Below, one piece after another: positions 8,506-20,206 of a stretch of 64,000 bases of DNA (positions within the stretch are counted from its first letter, which is position 1; each line of letters opens with the position of its first letter). The stretch comes from an uncultured cyanobacterium. GTDB lineage: Bacteria; Cyanobacteriota; Cyanobacteriia; Cyanobacteriales; Microcystaceae. The stretch spans positions 1 to 64,000 of the forward strand of contig CAWEDJ010000028.1 in the NCBI GenBank assembly GCA_963807635.1. The letters are read 5' to 3'. The notes beneath the pieces were generated by a model. The model was not told the DNA's origin and ran no database searches. It worked only from the letters and a program-made list of their open reading frames with translations. Both the position numbers and the translations under genes were made by a program.

Positions 8506-10650
8506 ATGAAAATAAATCAAAAATATATATTACTGATTAGCATACATGGTCTAATTCGAGGAAAAGAGCTTGAGTTAGGACGAGATGCAGATACGGGAGG
8601 ACAAACAAAATATGTTTTAGAGTTAGCACAATCTCTCTCAAAACATCCTGAAATCAAACAAGTAGATCTAATGACCCAGCTTTTAATTGATCCCCACATT
8701 AGTTCAGATTATAGTAAACCTATCGAAATATTAAACCCCAAAGCTAACATTATTCGTATTGCTTCTGGTACAAATAAATATATTCCTAAAGAAGAATTAT
8801 GGGACTATTTAGATAATTTTGCGGATAATGCCATTAGTTATCTACAAACTCAGGAAAAAATGCCCGATATTATTCATAGTCACTATGCAGATGCGGGATA
8901 TGTGGGAATACGGCTTTCCCATCAACTCGGCATTCCTCTCGTTCATACAGGGCATTCATTAGGACGTAGTAAAAGAAAAAGATTGTTAGCAAGTGGTATC
9001 ACTAGGGAAGTTATTGAAAAACGCTATAATATGACCCGCCGCATCAATGCAGAAGAAGATACTCTTAGTTCTGCCGAAAGGGTGATTACTAGCACGAATC
9101 AAGAAATTAATGAACAGTATGCCCAATATGATTATTATGAACCTCAACAAATGCGGGTTATTCCGCCAGGCACGGATGTAGAACAGTTTTTTCCTCCCGT
9201 TGGTAATGAATGGGAAAGTCATGCGTTTAAGGCGATCGCGAAGTTTTTAAAAGAATCTAATAAGCCCATCATTTTAGCTCTTTCCCGTTTAGATCAACGT
9301 AAAAATATTCAAATTTTAATTGAAGCTTTTGGTCAATCTCAAGCCCTACAAAATAAAGCAAGTTTAGTGATTTGTGCGGGAACAAGGCATGATCCCCAGG
9401 ATTTAGAAAGTGGCGCACAGGAAGTTTTTAGTAATTTACTTTTTGCCATTGATCGTTATGATCTTTATGGTAAAGTCGCTTATCCTAAAGGACTTCCTGC
9501 CGAAGATATTAGCGTTATCTATCGTTTAGCTTCTCTTTCTGGAGGAGTATTTGTTAATCCTGCTTTGACCGAACCATTTGGGCTAACTTTGATTGAATCT
9601 GCGGCTAGTTTTTTACCCATTATTGCAACGAAAGATGGTGGCCCTGTTGATATTATTAAAAATTGTCAAAACGGATATTTAATTGATCCCCTCGATCCCG
9701 ACAATATTACAGAGACGATTTTAAAAATTTTAAATGATTCTGAACATTGGCAAGCTTTAGCGCAAAATGGACTCAAAAAAGTTAAGGAATACTATACCTG
9801 GGATTCCCATGTCGATAGTTATATTAAGATGTTGCAACCGATTATTGATAAAACTGAACGACTACCAAGATGCTCTTTAAAACGCCGACCGATGATGTAT
9901 CATAACTGCGCGATCGTTTCTAGCATTGATCAAAATTTATTAGGTGATCCAGAATCCTTAAAAGAGTTAGTAAATCTATTAACTGAAAAACGTAAAGCTA
10001 TTAGTTTTTGTATTGCCACAGGAAGGCGGTTAGATTCAGCCTTAAGAGTATTGCGCCAACATAATATTCCCCAACCTGATACCCTAATTACTAGTATGGG
10101 AACGGAGATTTATTATTCTCCTGAATTAACAAGAGATGATGCATGGACAAATCATATTAATTACCTCTGGAACCGTAAAAGAGTAGTTTCTCTACTAACA
10201 GAATTATCTGGTCTCACCTTACAACCGAAAGAACAACAGAGTGCTTATAAAATTAGTTATTTCTATGATCCCAATATGGCACCGAGTGTGGAAGAAATCA
10301 AAAAGATTTTGCTCCAAAATGAGCAAACCGTCCATGTGATTTTCTCCTTTGGTCAATTTTTGGATATTGTTCCTATCAGAGCCTCTAAGGGTTACGCTTT
10401 ACGCTGGTTTGCCCAACAACGAGATATTCCCCTAACTCGCATTCTGACGGCTGGCGGTTCGGGAGGAGATGAGGACATGATGTTAGGAAATACCTTATCA
10501 GTAGTGGTAGCTAATCGTCATCGAGAAGAACTTTTAAAATTTAGTGAAGTAGAGCCAATTTATTTTTCTGAAAAACAATTTGCGGCAGGAATTTTGGATG
10601 GCTTAAATCATTATAATTTTTTCGCACTTTGTGAGGAAGTATCGGGATGA
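8506..10650 (+). CDS. spsA: Sucrose-phosphate synthase (GT-B domain plus C-terminal HAD-like domain)
   Basis: SIHGLIRG..LELGRDADTGGQTKY, HSHYADAG, NPALTEPFGLTLIE. Confidence 0.95.
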   Translation: MKINQKYILLISIHGLIRGKELELGRDADTGGQTKYVLELAQSLSKHPEIKQVDLMTQLLIDPHISSDYSKPIEILNPKANIIRIASGTNKYIPKEELWDYLDNFADNAISYLQTQEKMPDIIHSHYADAGYVGIRLSHQLGIPLVHTGHSLGRSKRKRLLASGITREVIEKRYNMTRRINAEEDTLSSAERVITSTNQEINEQYAQYDYYEPQQMRVIPPGTDVEQFFPPVGNEWESHAFKAIAKFLKESNKPIILALSRLDQRKNIQILIEAFGQSQALQNKASLVICAGTRHDPQDLESGAQEVFSNLLFAIDRYDLYGKVAYPKGLPAEDISVIYRLASLSGGVFVNPALTEPFGLTLIESAASFLPIIATKDGGPVDIIKNCQNGYLIDPLDPDNITETILKILNDSEHWQALAQNGLKKVKEYYTWDSHVDSYIKMLQPIIDKTERLPRCSLKRRPMMYHNCAIVSSIDQNLLGDPESLKELVNLLTEKRKAISFCIATGRRLDSALRVLRQHNIPQPDTLITSMGTEIYYSPELTRDDAWTNHINYLWNRKRVVSLLTELSGLTLQPKEQQSAYKISYFYDPNMAPSVEEIKKILLQNEQTVHVIFSFGQFLDIVPIRASKGYALRWFAQQRDIPLTRILTAGGSGGDEDMMLGNTLSVVVANRHREELLKFSEVEPIYFSEKQFAAGILDGLNHYNFFALCEEVSG

Positions 10651-11489
10651 TTCAGCCCCTTTTGATTTGTACGGATTTGGATCGAACCTTGATTCCCAAT
10701 GGAGAACAACCTGAATCTCCTCAAGCTAGACCCTTATTTCGTCAATTGGTATCCCATTGCCAGATAACCCTTGCCTATGTGACAGGGAGAGATCGAGTTT
10801 TAGTCCAAGACGCGATCGCGGAATACGAATTGCCTATTCCTAATTTTGTGATTGCCGATGTGGGTTCAACCATTTATGAGATTAAAAATAATCAATGGTT
10901 GCGTCTGACTGATTGGGATAACCAGATTTCTGTGGATTGGAAATATAAAACTCAACCCGATCTAGTCGCATTTTTTACCGATTTTGATCACATTAAATTA
11001 CAAGAAATAACTAAACAAGGTTTACACAAACTGAGTTACTATGTTTCTTTAGAGACTGAACTAGAACCTATCATCACAAAAATACGAGCAAAATTAGAAG
11101 CGGAAAAAATACAAGCTAATATTATTTGGAGTATTGATGAAAAGGCTCAAATTGGACTTCTGGATATTCTGCCCATTAGTGCGAATAAATATCACGCGAT
11201 CGCCTATATAATGAAAAATCAAAGTTTCACTCTCGATAATACTATCTTTACAGGGGATAGTGGTAATGATTTAGATGTATTAATGAGTCCCATCAAATCT
11301 ATTTTAGTGGCTAATGCTCATTTAGAGGTGAAAGAAACAATTCAATCCGAAATAGATCAAACAGGTCTAAAAGATTCAATTTATATTGCCCAAGGTAAAT
11401 CTTCTAAACTGAATGGAAACTACAGTGCTGGAATTCTTGAGGGCATCTTTCATTATTTTCCTGACCTTCAAATTGAGAGTAAAAATTAA
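10647..11489 (+). CDS. HAD-IIB hydrolase, probable sucrose-phosphate phosphatase
   Basis: CTDLDRTL, YVTGR, GDSGND motifs; overlaps sps. Confidence 0.85.
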   Translation: MIQPLLICTDLDRTLIPNGEQPESPQARPLFRQLVSHCQITLAYVTGRDRVLVQDAIAEYELPIPNFVIADVGSTIYEIKNNQWLRLTDWDNQISVDWKYKTQPDLVAFFTDFDHIKLQEITKQGLHKLSYYVSLETELEPIITKIRAKLEAEKIQANIIWSIDEKAQIGLLDILPISANKYHAIAYIMKNQSFTLDNTIFTGDSGNDLDVLMSPIKSILVANAHLEVKETIQSEIDQTGLKDSIYIAQGKSSKLNGNYSAGILEGIFHYFPDLQIESKN

Positions 11490-12370
11490 TGACCAATCAA
11501 TCCGTGATTATCTTTGGCGAAGTTTTATTTGATTGTTTTCCTGATGGCAATGTCATTTTAGGGGGCGCACCTTTTAATGTCGCTTGGCATTTACAAGCTT
11601 TTGGCCTTTCTCCCCTATTTATTTCTCGTATTGGTGATGATTCCTATGGCATTACTATCAAAGAAGCAATGAAAAATTGGGGAATGGATTTAAGGGGATT
11701 ACAAGTCGATTTAGAGCATCCAACGGGAACGGTTCAAGTTAATTTGATTAATAACGAACCCCATTATGAAATTGTCGAAAATAGTGCCTACGATTTTATT
11801 GAATTTTCTAGTCTTCCTTCTTTACCTAAAGATTCTATTTTCTATCACGGAACTTTGGCTTTAAGAAGTCAAGCTTGTGTTGAAACCCTCCAGAACATCA
11901 AGGCAGATATTTCTCCCTCAATATTTCTCGATGTTAATCTAAGAACGCCCTGGTGGAATCTAAAAACCGTTGAATTACTTTTAAAAAAAATTTCCTGGTT
12001 AAAACTAAATGAAGAAGAATTATCTCTCATTGTTCCCCAAGAAAGCAATACCGAAAGTCGTATTCAATATTTATTATCAACTTTTTCTCTGAATAACATT
12101 ACCCTAACTCAGGGTAAGGCAGGGGCGATTTCTTTTCAACCAAATGGCGATCGCCAACGAATTACTCCATCTCAAACGACCCAGATTGTTGATACCGTAG
12201 GAGCAGGAGATGCCTTTAGTAGTGTTTTAATTTTGGGGATTGTTAAGGGTTGGGATACACCAAAAACCCTAGTTCGAGCGCAGGAATTTGCCAGTGAGAT
12301 CGTCGGTATCCGAGGAGCAACCATTCAGGATAAATCTTTTTATGAATACTTTCTTAAAAAATGGAATTAA
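11489..12370 (+). CDS. PfkB-family carbohydrate kinase (fructokinase)
   Basis: GGAPFNVA, DVNLR, KLNEEE, DTVGAGDAF. Confidence 0.9.
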   Translation: MTNQSVIIFGEVLFDCFPDGNVILGGAPFNVAWHLQAFGLSPLFISRIGDDSYGITIKEAMKNWGMDLRGLQVDLEHPTGTVQVNLINNEPHYEIVENSAYDFIEFSSLPSLPKDSIFYHGTLALRSQACVETLQNIKADISPSIFLDVNLRTPWWNLKTVELLLKKISWLKLNEEELSLIVPQESNTESRIQYLLSTFSLNNITLTQGKAGAISFQPNGDRQRITPSQTTQIVDTVGAGDAFSSVLILGIVKGWDTPKTLVRAQEFASEIVGIRGATIQDKSFYEYFLKKWN

Positions 12371-12422
12371 TTTGTTAAATTTAGTTACTCTATATTAAAA
12401 ATTAACAACTTAAAAACTATCC

Positions 12423-12447
12423 GTAGGGACATAATATATTATGTCCT
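12423..12447 (+). repeat. GTAG-type REP-like palindrome
   Basis: GTAGGGACATAATATATTATGTCCT. Confidence 0.65.
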
Positions 12448-12483
12448 CAAAACTATATTCTTGAACTTTATAACATGTAATCT

Positions 12484-14441
12484 ATGTACGAGCAAATATC
12501 CCATTCTATTCTCAATGAAATTCTAGATCAACTTAAACCAGAAATCAAAGAACAAGAGCTAAGTCATTTTTATACTAGATTAGGGGCAAATTTCTATAGT
12601 CTTTTTTCCCTATTTCAAAAACTCTATGGAAACCGTAAAGACTTTAAACTTCAATTATTAAAATTACTAGAAGTAATGGCTCGTCAATATATTCTGCGAT
12701 CGCCTGAACTCAAACAAACAGATCTCGCCAGGGAAAAGGATTTTAATTGGTTTCTCAGTCCGAAATGGGTAGGAATGACCCTCTATGCCGATGGTTTTGC
12801 CGATAACTTAAAAGATTTACAATCAAAAATAGATTACTTTGAAGAATTAGGTATTAATTTAATTCACATCATGCCAATTTTGGAATGTCCTAGAAATGCC
12901 AGTGATGGTGGATATGCCGTTAGTAATTATCGAAAAATAGATGAACGAGTAGGAAATTTGGAAGACCTTCAAAATATTGCTCAAGAAATGAAAAAAAGAG
13001 ATATTTTATTAGCATTAGACGTTGTGGTTAATCATACCTCTAATGAACATGAATGGGCAGAAAAAGCTCGTCAAGGAAATCAAACCTATCAAGATTATTA
13101 TCATACCTTTAAAAATCGAGATATTCCTGATACTTTTGAAAAAAACTTACCTGATATTTTTCCCCAGACAGCCCAGGCAACTTTACCTGGGATGAAAGCA
13201 TGAAGAAATGGGTGATGACGGTCTTTAATAATTATCAATGGGATCTCAATTATCAAAACCCTGCTGTTTTCTCTGAAATGTTAGATATTTTACTCTTTTG
13301 GGCGAACCAAGGAGTGGATATTTTACGGCTGGATGCAGTCGCTTTTCTGTGGAAAAAAATTGGAGGAAGTAGTCAAAATGAACCCGAAGCTCATATTCTT
13401 TTACAATTGTTTAAAGATTGCTGTCAAGTCACCGCCCCAGGGACTTTGTTTATCGCTGAAGCGATTGTTGCTCCCGTCGAAATTGTTAAATATTTTGGGG
13501 AAGATGCGATTAATGCCAAAGAGTGCGAAATTGCCTACAATGCCACCTTGATGGCTCTATTATGGGATACTGTAGCAACTAAAAATGCCAAATTGCTCAA
13601 ACAAGGAATTAGAAATTTACCCGATAAATTAGAGCGTGCAACTTGGCTCAATTATATTCGTTGCCACGATGATATTGGCTTAGGTTTTACCGATGAAGAT
13701 ATTGCTCAAGCGGGTTATGAACCCAAACTTCATCGTCAGTTTCTCTTGAATTATTTTTCAGGAAAATTTGATCATACGGCGGCACGAGGTTTATTATTTG
13801 CCCAAAATCCTAAAAATAATGATGCTCGTATTTCGGGAACTTTAACCTCTTTAATTGGATTGGAAACTGCCTTGGAAGAAGGCAATTCAGAAAAAATTAA
13901 TCTGGCTACTCAACACATTATTTTGTTGCATAGTATGATTTTTTCCTTTGGTGGAATTCCTCTGATTTATTATGGGGATGAAATTGGAACAATCAATGAT
14001 TTTTCCTATATGGGAAATCTCAGTAAAGCGAATGATAATCGTTGGGCCCATCGTCCTAAAATTGATTGGAAAAAAGCCCAATTACGCAAAATAGCTGGAA
14101 CCATTGAACAGACGATATTTTCTGCATTACAACAGATGATTAGGGCAAGAAAAAAGATTTCTGCTTTTGGTGATTTTAATAATCGCGAATTAATTAATCT
14201 CAGCAATCCCCATTTATTTGCCTTTCTACGCATTGATCCTAACAACCAAGATCATGTTCTGGTTATTGGTAATTTTGATGAGAACTATCAATCTTTGAAT
14301 TTATCGGAAATTGATACTTCTAGGTTGCGATTAAATGATAACGAAAACATTAAAGATTTATATTCAGGGGAATCTCCAAGTTTATTCAAAAATGAACTGG
14401 TCTTATCTCCCTTTCGTTTCTATTGGTTATCTACCTATTAA
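12484..14441 (+). CDS. Amylosucrase (GH13), split by a 1-nt frameshift near 13172
   Basis: SDGGYAV, DVVVNHTS, RLDAVAF, AEAIV, YIRCHDDIG; one extra C in GCCCAG restores QTAPGNFTW. Confidence 0.9.
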
Positions 14442-14473
14442 ACTGCATCTATTTTGAGAACTTTAGTTTTTTC

Positions 14474-14558
14474 GCCCCCCTAGCCCCCCAACTTTGGGGG
14501 GAAAAGTTAAAATTAATCTGGATTTGGGAAGTCACCCAGAATTGGGGGATTTAGGGGC
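14474..14558. repeat. Dispersed cyanobacterial MITE-like palindromic element between convergent genes
   Basis: GCCCCCCTAG...CCCCCCAACTTTGGGGGG...CCCAGAATTGGGGG...TTAGGGGC: terminal inverted repeat plus internal hairpins. Confidence 0.6.
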
Positions 14559-14588
14559 AATAAGTGTGGTTTTTGAGTTAAATCGAGC

Positions 14589-15702
14589 TTAATTCAAATA
14601 TTTCCTAACAATTTCAATAATTCGATCGCTGGCTTTTCCGTCTCCAAAGGGATTAATCGCATTGGCCATTTGGTCATAGGCAACAGAATTACTTAATAAC
14701 TCACTGGCGGCATTGAAGATCACATCAGAATTGGTTCCGACTAACTTTCCTGTTCCTGCCGCGATCGCCTCTGGACGTTCGGTGGTTTCTCGCAAAACGA
14801 GTACAGGTTTCCCTAAACTGGGGGCTTCTTCCTGTAATCCACCTGAATCAGTTAAAAGCAGATAGGAACGCTGAATTGCGCCGACTAACTGGGCATAATC
14901 GAGGGGTTCGGTCAAAAAGACCCTGGGATTGTCGCCTAAAACTTTTTGGATGGGTTCCCTGACGGTGGGATTGCGGTGCATGGGTAGTAATAGGGCCGTA
15001 TCGGGAAATTTCTCTAAAATCAACCGAAAACCCGTCAAAATATCCTCTAAAGGCTCTCCCCAGTTTTCTCGACGGTGGACGGTCGCCAATAACACGCGAT
15101 GATTTTCCCACTCCAAGCCTGGAATCGGACAAGCGGGTTTCTGCTCGGCGACTCTTAACAGGGCATCAATCACGGTATTGCCTGTTAAATGGACTTCTCC
15201 CGTCACGCCCGATCGCTCCAAATTCCCCATTGCCATCTGAGTCGGCGCAAAATGCAATTGGGCGATTTGGGAAATTAAACGACGATTTGCTTCTTCAGGA
15301 AAAGGATTATAGATATTATCGGTTCTAAGACCCGCTTCCACGTGGCCAATGGGGATTTGTTGGTAAAAAGCCGCTAATGCCGCCGCAAAAGCCGTTGTGG
15401 TATCGCCCTGGACAATTACCAGTCGGGGATTCAGTTTCTCAAATAATTTTTCTTAATCCCTGCAAACTGCGATGGGTGATTTCCGTCAGGGTTTGTTTCG
15501 GTTGCATAATTTTCAGGTCTTCATTAGCCTCAATCTGAAAAAGCTGCATAACCTGCTCGACCATTTCCCGATGTTGTCCCGTCAAAATAACATGGGTTTG
15601 GAAATCTGCATGACGGCGGAATTCCTGAATGACAGGGGCGAGTTTAATGGCTTCAGGACGGGTTCCCAGGGTGATGCAAATAGAAAGGGGTGATGAGTTC
15701 AT
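14589..15702 (-). CDS. wecB: UDP-N-acetylglucosamine 2-epimerase (non-hydrolysing), frameshift near 15455
   Basis: GTRPEAIKLAP, TGQHREM in the 5' ORF; VQGDTTT, HVEAGLR, HRRENWG, TDSGGLQEEAP in the 3' frame. Confidence 0.92.
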
Positions 15703-15847
15703 GGAAAATTAACCGAAGAAATGACAGGTGATCGCAAAGCGGCACTGCGCGATCAAAAAAGTCAGAGCAACCCCCATTTTAATCAAGATTGTCCTTTTGA
15801 TGGAATTTTTTTTACTCGCGACAACATTCCCTTTAAGAGAACGGCGA

Positions 15848-17914
15848 TTAGCTATCTGTCATTAATGCCTGTCGGAGAGAGGGAAAAGTCTTAATAGTTA
15901 TAGATAAATTCTCTCCATCAAAATTAATCACTTGAGTTTCCAATCGGATAATATATTCCTGAAGTTGTCTAGCGGGATAAATTGAATGAAGTTCCTTTAA
16001 TCGTTGGAGGAATTGGCGTACATCTCGCATAATCATGCACTGATATAGTCTTGGCCAGAGGGTTTCTTCCTCTTTTTTGAGTGCTTCAAGTAATTCGGGA
16101 GAAATAACTTCCTCTTCAGTAGCGACAATCTCAGTTTGAGTTAATTTTTCTGAATTTATTAAAGATTCCCCATAGGGCAAAATATTTTTTAAAATACTGA
16201 CTAATTGAACGCGAGTCAGGGGCTTATGGAGAACACCTTGACAGAGAAGAGCCATTTCTTTTTGAGATTGATTGAAGTGGGATGCCGTAAGAATGACAAT
16301 GGGAATATCACAGGTTATTGGATTTTGTTTTAGGGTTTGGGCGACTACTTTTCCGTCCATATCGGGCATTCGCAGATCCAAAAGAATCAGATCGGGTCTT
16401 TCTTGCTGAATTTTTGCGATCGCTTCTTTGCCACTTTCTACCAAAGTAATCTGATGATGAGTATTTTCAAAATAGCCTTGAATCAGGTTTAAATTTGAAA
16501 CAATATCATCAACAACCAGAATTTTTGCGGGTTTAAATTGATTGAAATTAATATCAAGATTTTGGTCTGTTAAAGGGGCTGTGTGGGTATCTGCAACGAT
16601 AATTTCAGGAAACATAAACTGAAAACAGCTACCATGTCCAGTTTCGCTTTCAACTTGTACCGTGCCTTCTAGCATTTCCACTAATCGACGAGTAATAGCA
16701 AGTCCTAACCCCGTTCCGCCGTATTTACGGTTACTTTGCCCTTCACTTTGAGAAAAAGTATCGAAAATATGCTTAAGAGACTCTGGGGAAATACCAATTC
16801 CTGTATCAATAACACGAATCTTTAGGCCAATCGTAGGGGCATTGCCTGTTTCAGCCGTTTTTTCCGTTTGATACTTCGAGACTTCCACTCTGACTTGCCC
16901 CTTTTCCGTAAACTTGAGAGCATTACCCACCACATTAAATAAAATTTGGCGTAATCGAATTTCATCAAACAGAATAAAATTGGGGACATTTTCCGCGATC
17001 GCCCAGGATAAATCAATCTTTTTTTGTTGAGCCGTAATCGAAAAAATTTGTCCAATCTCTTCAATGAGCGATCGCAAATCAAAGAAATCGTATTGTAATT
17101 CCAACTTACCCGCTTCAATCTTAGAAAGATCGAGAATATCATTAATCAACGCCAACAAAGTTTTTCCCGCCGAATCAATGGAATCTATATAGGAACGAGA
17201 ACGAGGTTCCGCGATTATCTCCTGCAAAAGACTACAAAATCCGAGAATCGCATTCATCGGAGTCCGAATTTCATGACTCATATTAGCCAAAAACTCATTC
17301 TTTGTTTGGTTAGCCGATTCTGCTACCTTTCGGGCTAATTGAAGTTCAGTATTTTGCTTTTTTAATAACTCATTTGCTAATACCAATTCCTCGGTTCTAA
17401 GCCTTACCCTTGCTTCTAAATCTTTATTCGCTTGTTGTAAAAGAGACTGAGTTAATCGTTGCTCCGTAATATCATTAATCGCGATAACAACACTGATATT
17501 TTTTGAACTATTTCCTTCTCCCATGACCAAATACGTTGCCGAAATTTCTAAAACTTGTCGCCGATCACCCATCCTAAATTCATAATCCCCCGTAAACTTC
17601 TCTCGATGACGAAGGGCGAGATTCAAGGGATGAAACTCCAAGGGAACAGAGACATTAGACTGCAAAAGTGGCAACAAATCAACAAGATTTTGACCAAGAA
17701 TCAAAATGTGCCGTTTATTCATCAAAGTATCAAAGGTTTTATTACACCATTGAATTTTCCCCTGTTCATTAGTCCAGACAATAGCACTATCGACTTCTCC
17801 CAGGGCAACTTCCATTTTACCAAGAGTCGTTCGTAGTTCATTTAATTGTTGGGTTTTGTGGTCAGGAATAAACGCTTCTTGAGTCATGGCGATATTGATA
17901 AAAGTTATGCCCAT
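15848..17914 (-). CDS. PAS-domain hybrid histidine kinase with receiver domain
   Basis: ANMSHEIRTPMN, NVVGNALKFT, GGTGLGL; receiver ILLDLRMPDMDG. Confidence 0.93.
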   Translation of the reverse strand: MGITFINIAMTQEAFIPDHKTQQLNELRTTLGKMEVALGEVDSAIVWTNEQGKIQWCNKTFDTLMNKRHILILGQNLVDLLPLLQSNVSVPLEFHPLNLALRHREKFTGDYEFRMGDRRQVLEISATYLVMGEGNSSKNISVVIAINDITEQRLTQSLLQQANKDLEARVRLRTEELVLANELLKKQNTELQLARKVAESANQTKNEFLANMSHEIRTPMNAILGFCSLLQEIIAEPRSRSYIDSIDSAGKTLLALINDILDLSKIEAGKLELQYDFFDLRSLIEEIGQIFSITAQQKKIDLSWAIAENVPNFILFDEIRLRQILFNVVGNALKFTEKGQVRVEVSKYQTEKTAETGNAPTIGLKIRVIDTGIGISPESLKHIFDTFSQSEGQSNRKYGGTGLGLAITRRLVEMLEGTVQVESETGHGSCFQFMFPEIIVADTHTAPLTDQNLDINFNQFKPAKILVVDDIVSNLNLIQGYFENTHHQITLVESGKEAIAKIQQERPDLILLDLRMPDMDGKVVAQTLKQNPITCDIPIVILTASHFNQSQKEMALLCQGVLHKPLTRVQLVSILKNILPYGESLINSEKLTQTEIVATEEEVISPELLEALKKEEETLWPRLYQCMIMRDVRQFLQRLKELHSIYPARQLQEYIIRLETQVINFDGENLSITIKTFPSLRQALMTDS

Positions 17915-17940
17915 TAGATTGCCCTGACCCCATTATATTT

Positions 17941-18291
17941 CTATTGGGCGAGAGTAGCTCCAAAAAACCATTGTCCGTTAATTTTTTCAGCAATAATATA
18001 ATGTTCAGATAGAATTTCTTGATTATCTTTGGTGATAACCTTGAGTTCTAGAGGATGATTGAGAACCTGGGCAATTTCTGTTGAGCGAAATCTAGAAAAT
18101 CCTAAATGATGGGCATCCCGAAAGTAAATAGGTAAAATTACGGAAATCATTTGTCCCTTAATTTCTGCTTGCTTCCAATTAGTTAAGTGTTCAAATGCAG
18201 CATTGACTTCCGTAATAATGCCTTCCTGGTTTGCGATCACCAAAGGAAGGTACGTTTCTCGAAGTTCTGCTAGGGTCGAAGGATTTGACAT
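17941..18291 (-). CDS. Stand-alone PAS-domain protein
   Basis: ANQEGIITEVNAAFEHLTNW PAS signature; 116 aa. Confidence 0.8.
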   Translation of the reverse strand: MSNPSTLAELRETYLPLVIANQEGIITEVNAAFEHLTNWKQAEIKGQMISVILPIYFRDAHHLGFSRFRSTEIAQVLNHPLELKVITKDNQEILSEHYIIAEKINGQWFFGATLAQ

Positions 18292-18441
18292 AAACGAGCT
18301 ACTTTATTTAATGAGTGTGGACTTTTAATTTTACTAGAAAACAAACTTAAAAATACTGACAAAAGTAGATTAAGTTATGCTCAAATTTATTATTGATTTT
18401 TGATGACAAAATATTTTAAATAAGTCTGACCTTGGGAAATA

Positions 18442-19392
18442 TTATTCTGTGATAGAACAATTTCTACCACTGGATTTTGCTTTGTAAAGAGCCTGATCTG
18501 CCCGTTTAATAATTTGATTTACATCATCATCTAGAGAATTATAGCTTGCAATACCAATACTAACGGTTGTTTGAATAATATGTTCCTCAATGTTATGTAC
18601 AAAATTAGCAATTTTTTCCCGAACTCTTTCTGCAATAATAACGGTATTTTCTAAATTCGTATTGGGTAAAATAATAACAAATTCATCCCCTCCAAAACGT
18701 CCCAGATGATCAACATTTCTCAGACTATCTTTTAAGATTTTAGCAATATTTTTAAGAACTTCATCTCCCAGTGGATGTCCATAGATATCATTTATTTTTT
18801 TAAAATCATCTAAGTCAATCATCATTATCGAAAACAAGGAACGATAACGTTGAGCCAGTTTGATTTGTATGTCGCCAAACTCCACAAGAGAACGACGATT
18901 TTCCAGTCCCGTTAACGGATCGATAGTAACTAATCGCTCAAGCAACGCATAAGCTTCTAATAGTTGATCATTAGATTTTCTTAGTCCTGCATAAGCCTTA
19001 TTTAATTTCAACTGATTTTCGACTCGGAGCAGTAGTTCTGCTTTTTTAAATGGTTTTTTAATGTAATCGATCGCCCCCGTCTTAAAAGCCGTTACAAAAC
19101 TTTCTGGGCTGTCATCGGCTGTAATAAAAATAATAGGAATATCTTGATGCATAGGATTTGACTTGAGAATATTACAAACCTCTATTCCATCCATTTCTGG
19201 CATCATTAGATCAAGAAGAATTAAATCTATTTGTGTTGACTTATTTTCGATTATTTCTAATGCCTCTTTTCCTGAATTGGCAAAAGCTGTATTGTAGCCT
19301 ACTCTCTCTAATATTTTATCTAATAGACGGATATTATCAATGACATCATCTACAATTAAGATCAAACATTCTTGGGGTTTAAATAGTTCCAT
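18442..19392 (-). CDS. Receiver + GGDEF diguanylate cyclase
   Basis: LIVDD...LLDLMMPEMDG; DPLTGLENRR, DLDDFKKIND, RFGGDEF. Confidence 0.93.
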   Translation of the reverse strand: MELFKPQECLILIVDDVIDNIRLLDKILERVGYNTAFANSGKEALEIIENKSTQIDLILLDLMMPEMDGIEVCNILKSNPMHQDIPIIFITADDSPESFVTAFKTGAIDYIKKPFKKAELLLRVENQLKLNKAYAGLRKSNDQLLEAYALLERLVTIDPLTGLENRRSLVEFGDIQIKLAQRYRSLFSIMMIDLDDFKKINDIYGHPLGDEVLKNIAKILKDSLRNVDHLGRFGGDEFVIILPNTNLENTVIIAERVREKIANFVHNIEEHIIQTTVSIGIASYNSLDDDVNQIIKRADQALYKAKSSGRNCSITE

Positions 19393-19443
19393 GACTTACC
19401 TCTTGCCAGTTTTTTTAAATAAAAAATAATCTGTATTTTAGTA

Positions 19444-20133
19444 CTAACCATAGCCATTCTCACTAAGAAAGGCCAGACTGATTTCTTGATGACGCGATGA
19501 ACGCTGATCACGATCGCCGAGAAGTTTTTCCACGTATTTACCTAAAATATCACCCTCTAGATTGACCCAATCACCTATTTTTAAATAATTTAAATTTGTC
19601 TCGCCGTAGGTCACAGGGATAACTGCGACCTTAAACCAGTTCCCCTGGTCGTCACAATCTGCGATCGTCAAGCTAATGCCATTAACCGCAATACTTCCCT
19701 TAGAGACGAGAAAACGGGATAAATATTGTTGCCATTGTTCTGTAAGCCCAGTAGGAGCCGAAAAAGTCAATTCCCAAGAATTTTGCGTGATCACAGATTT
19801 CACTAAACTGCCGATGCCATCGACGTGACCCGACACAAAATGTCCACCGATTTTTCCCCCTGCCCTGAGAGAGGATTCAATATTCACGTAGGACGAGCCT
19901 TGACTCGCTTTTTCGAGGGTGCTACGTTGCAATGTTTCGGGGGAGACGGACGCAATAAAACCTTCTGACGCAATTTCTTCAGCCGTCAGACAAACGCCGT
20001 CCACTGCCACACTGTCGCCCAATTCCAGATCGGGTAGGATTTTTTGAGCAGTATCAGGAAGTAAGTGAACTAAGACACGGTTTTGGGAAAGGGCGTTGAT
20101 TTGTCCCAGTCCTTGAATAATCCCAGTGAACAC
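19444..20133 (-). CDS. ribC: Riboflavin synthase alpha chain
   Basis: MFTGII, GDSVAVDGVCLT, GGHFVSGHVDG, KGSIAVNGISLT. Confidence 0.95.
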   Translation of the reverse strand: MFTGIIQGLGQINALSQNRVLVHLLPDTAQKILPDLELGDSVAVDGVCLTAEEIASEGFIASVSPETLQRSTLEKASQGSSYVNIESSLRAGGKIGGHFVSGHVDGIGSLVKSVITQNSWELTFSAPTGLTEQWQQYLSRFLVSKGSIAVNGISLTIADCDDQGNWFKVAVIPVTYGETNLNYLKIGDWVNLEGDILGKYVEKLLGDRDQRSSRHQEISLAFLSENGYG

Positions 20134-20206
20134 AGCTTTTAGGAATAATGTTTTCTACTGTTTGAGCATAACATTCCTGTTTACTCGATTATTCCTATTT
20201 CAGCAT

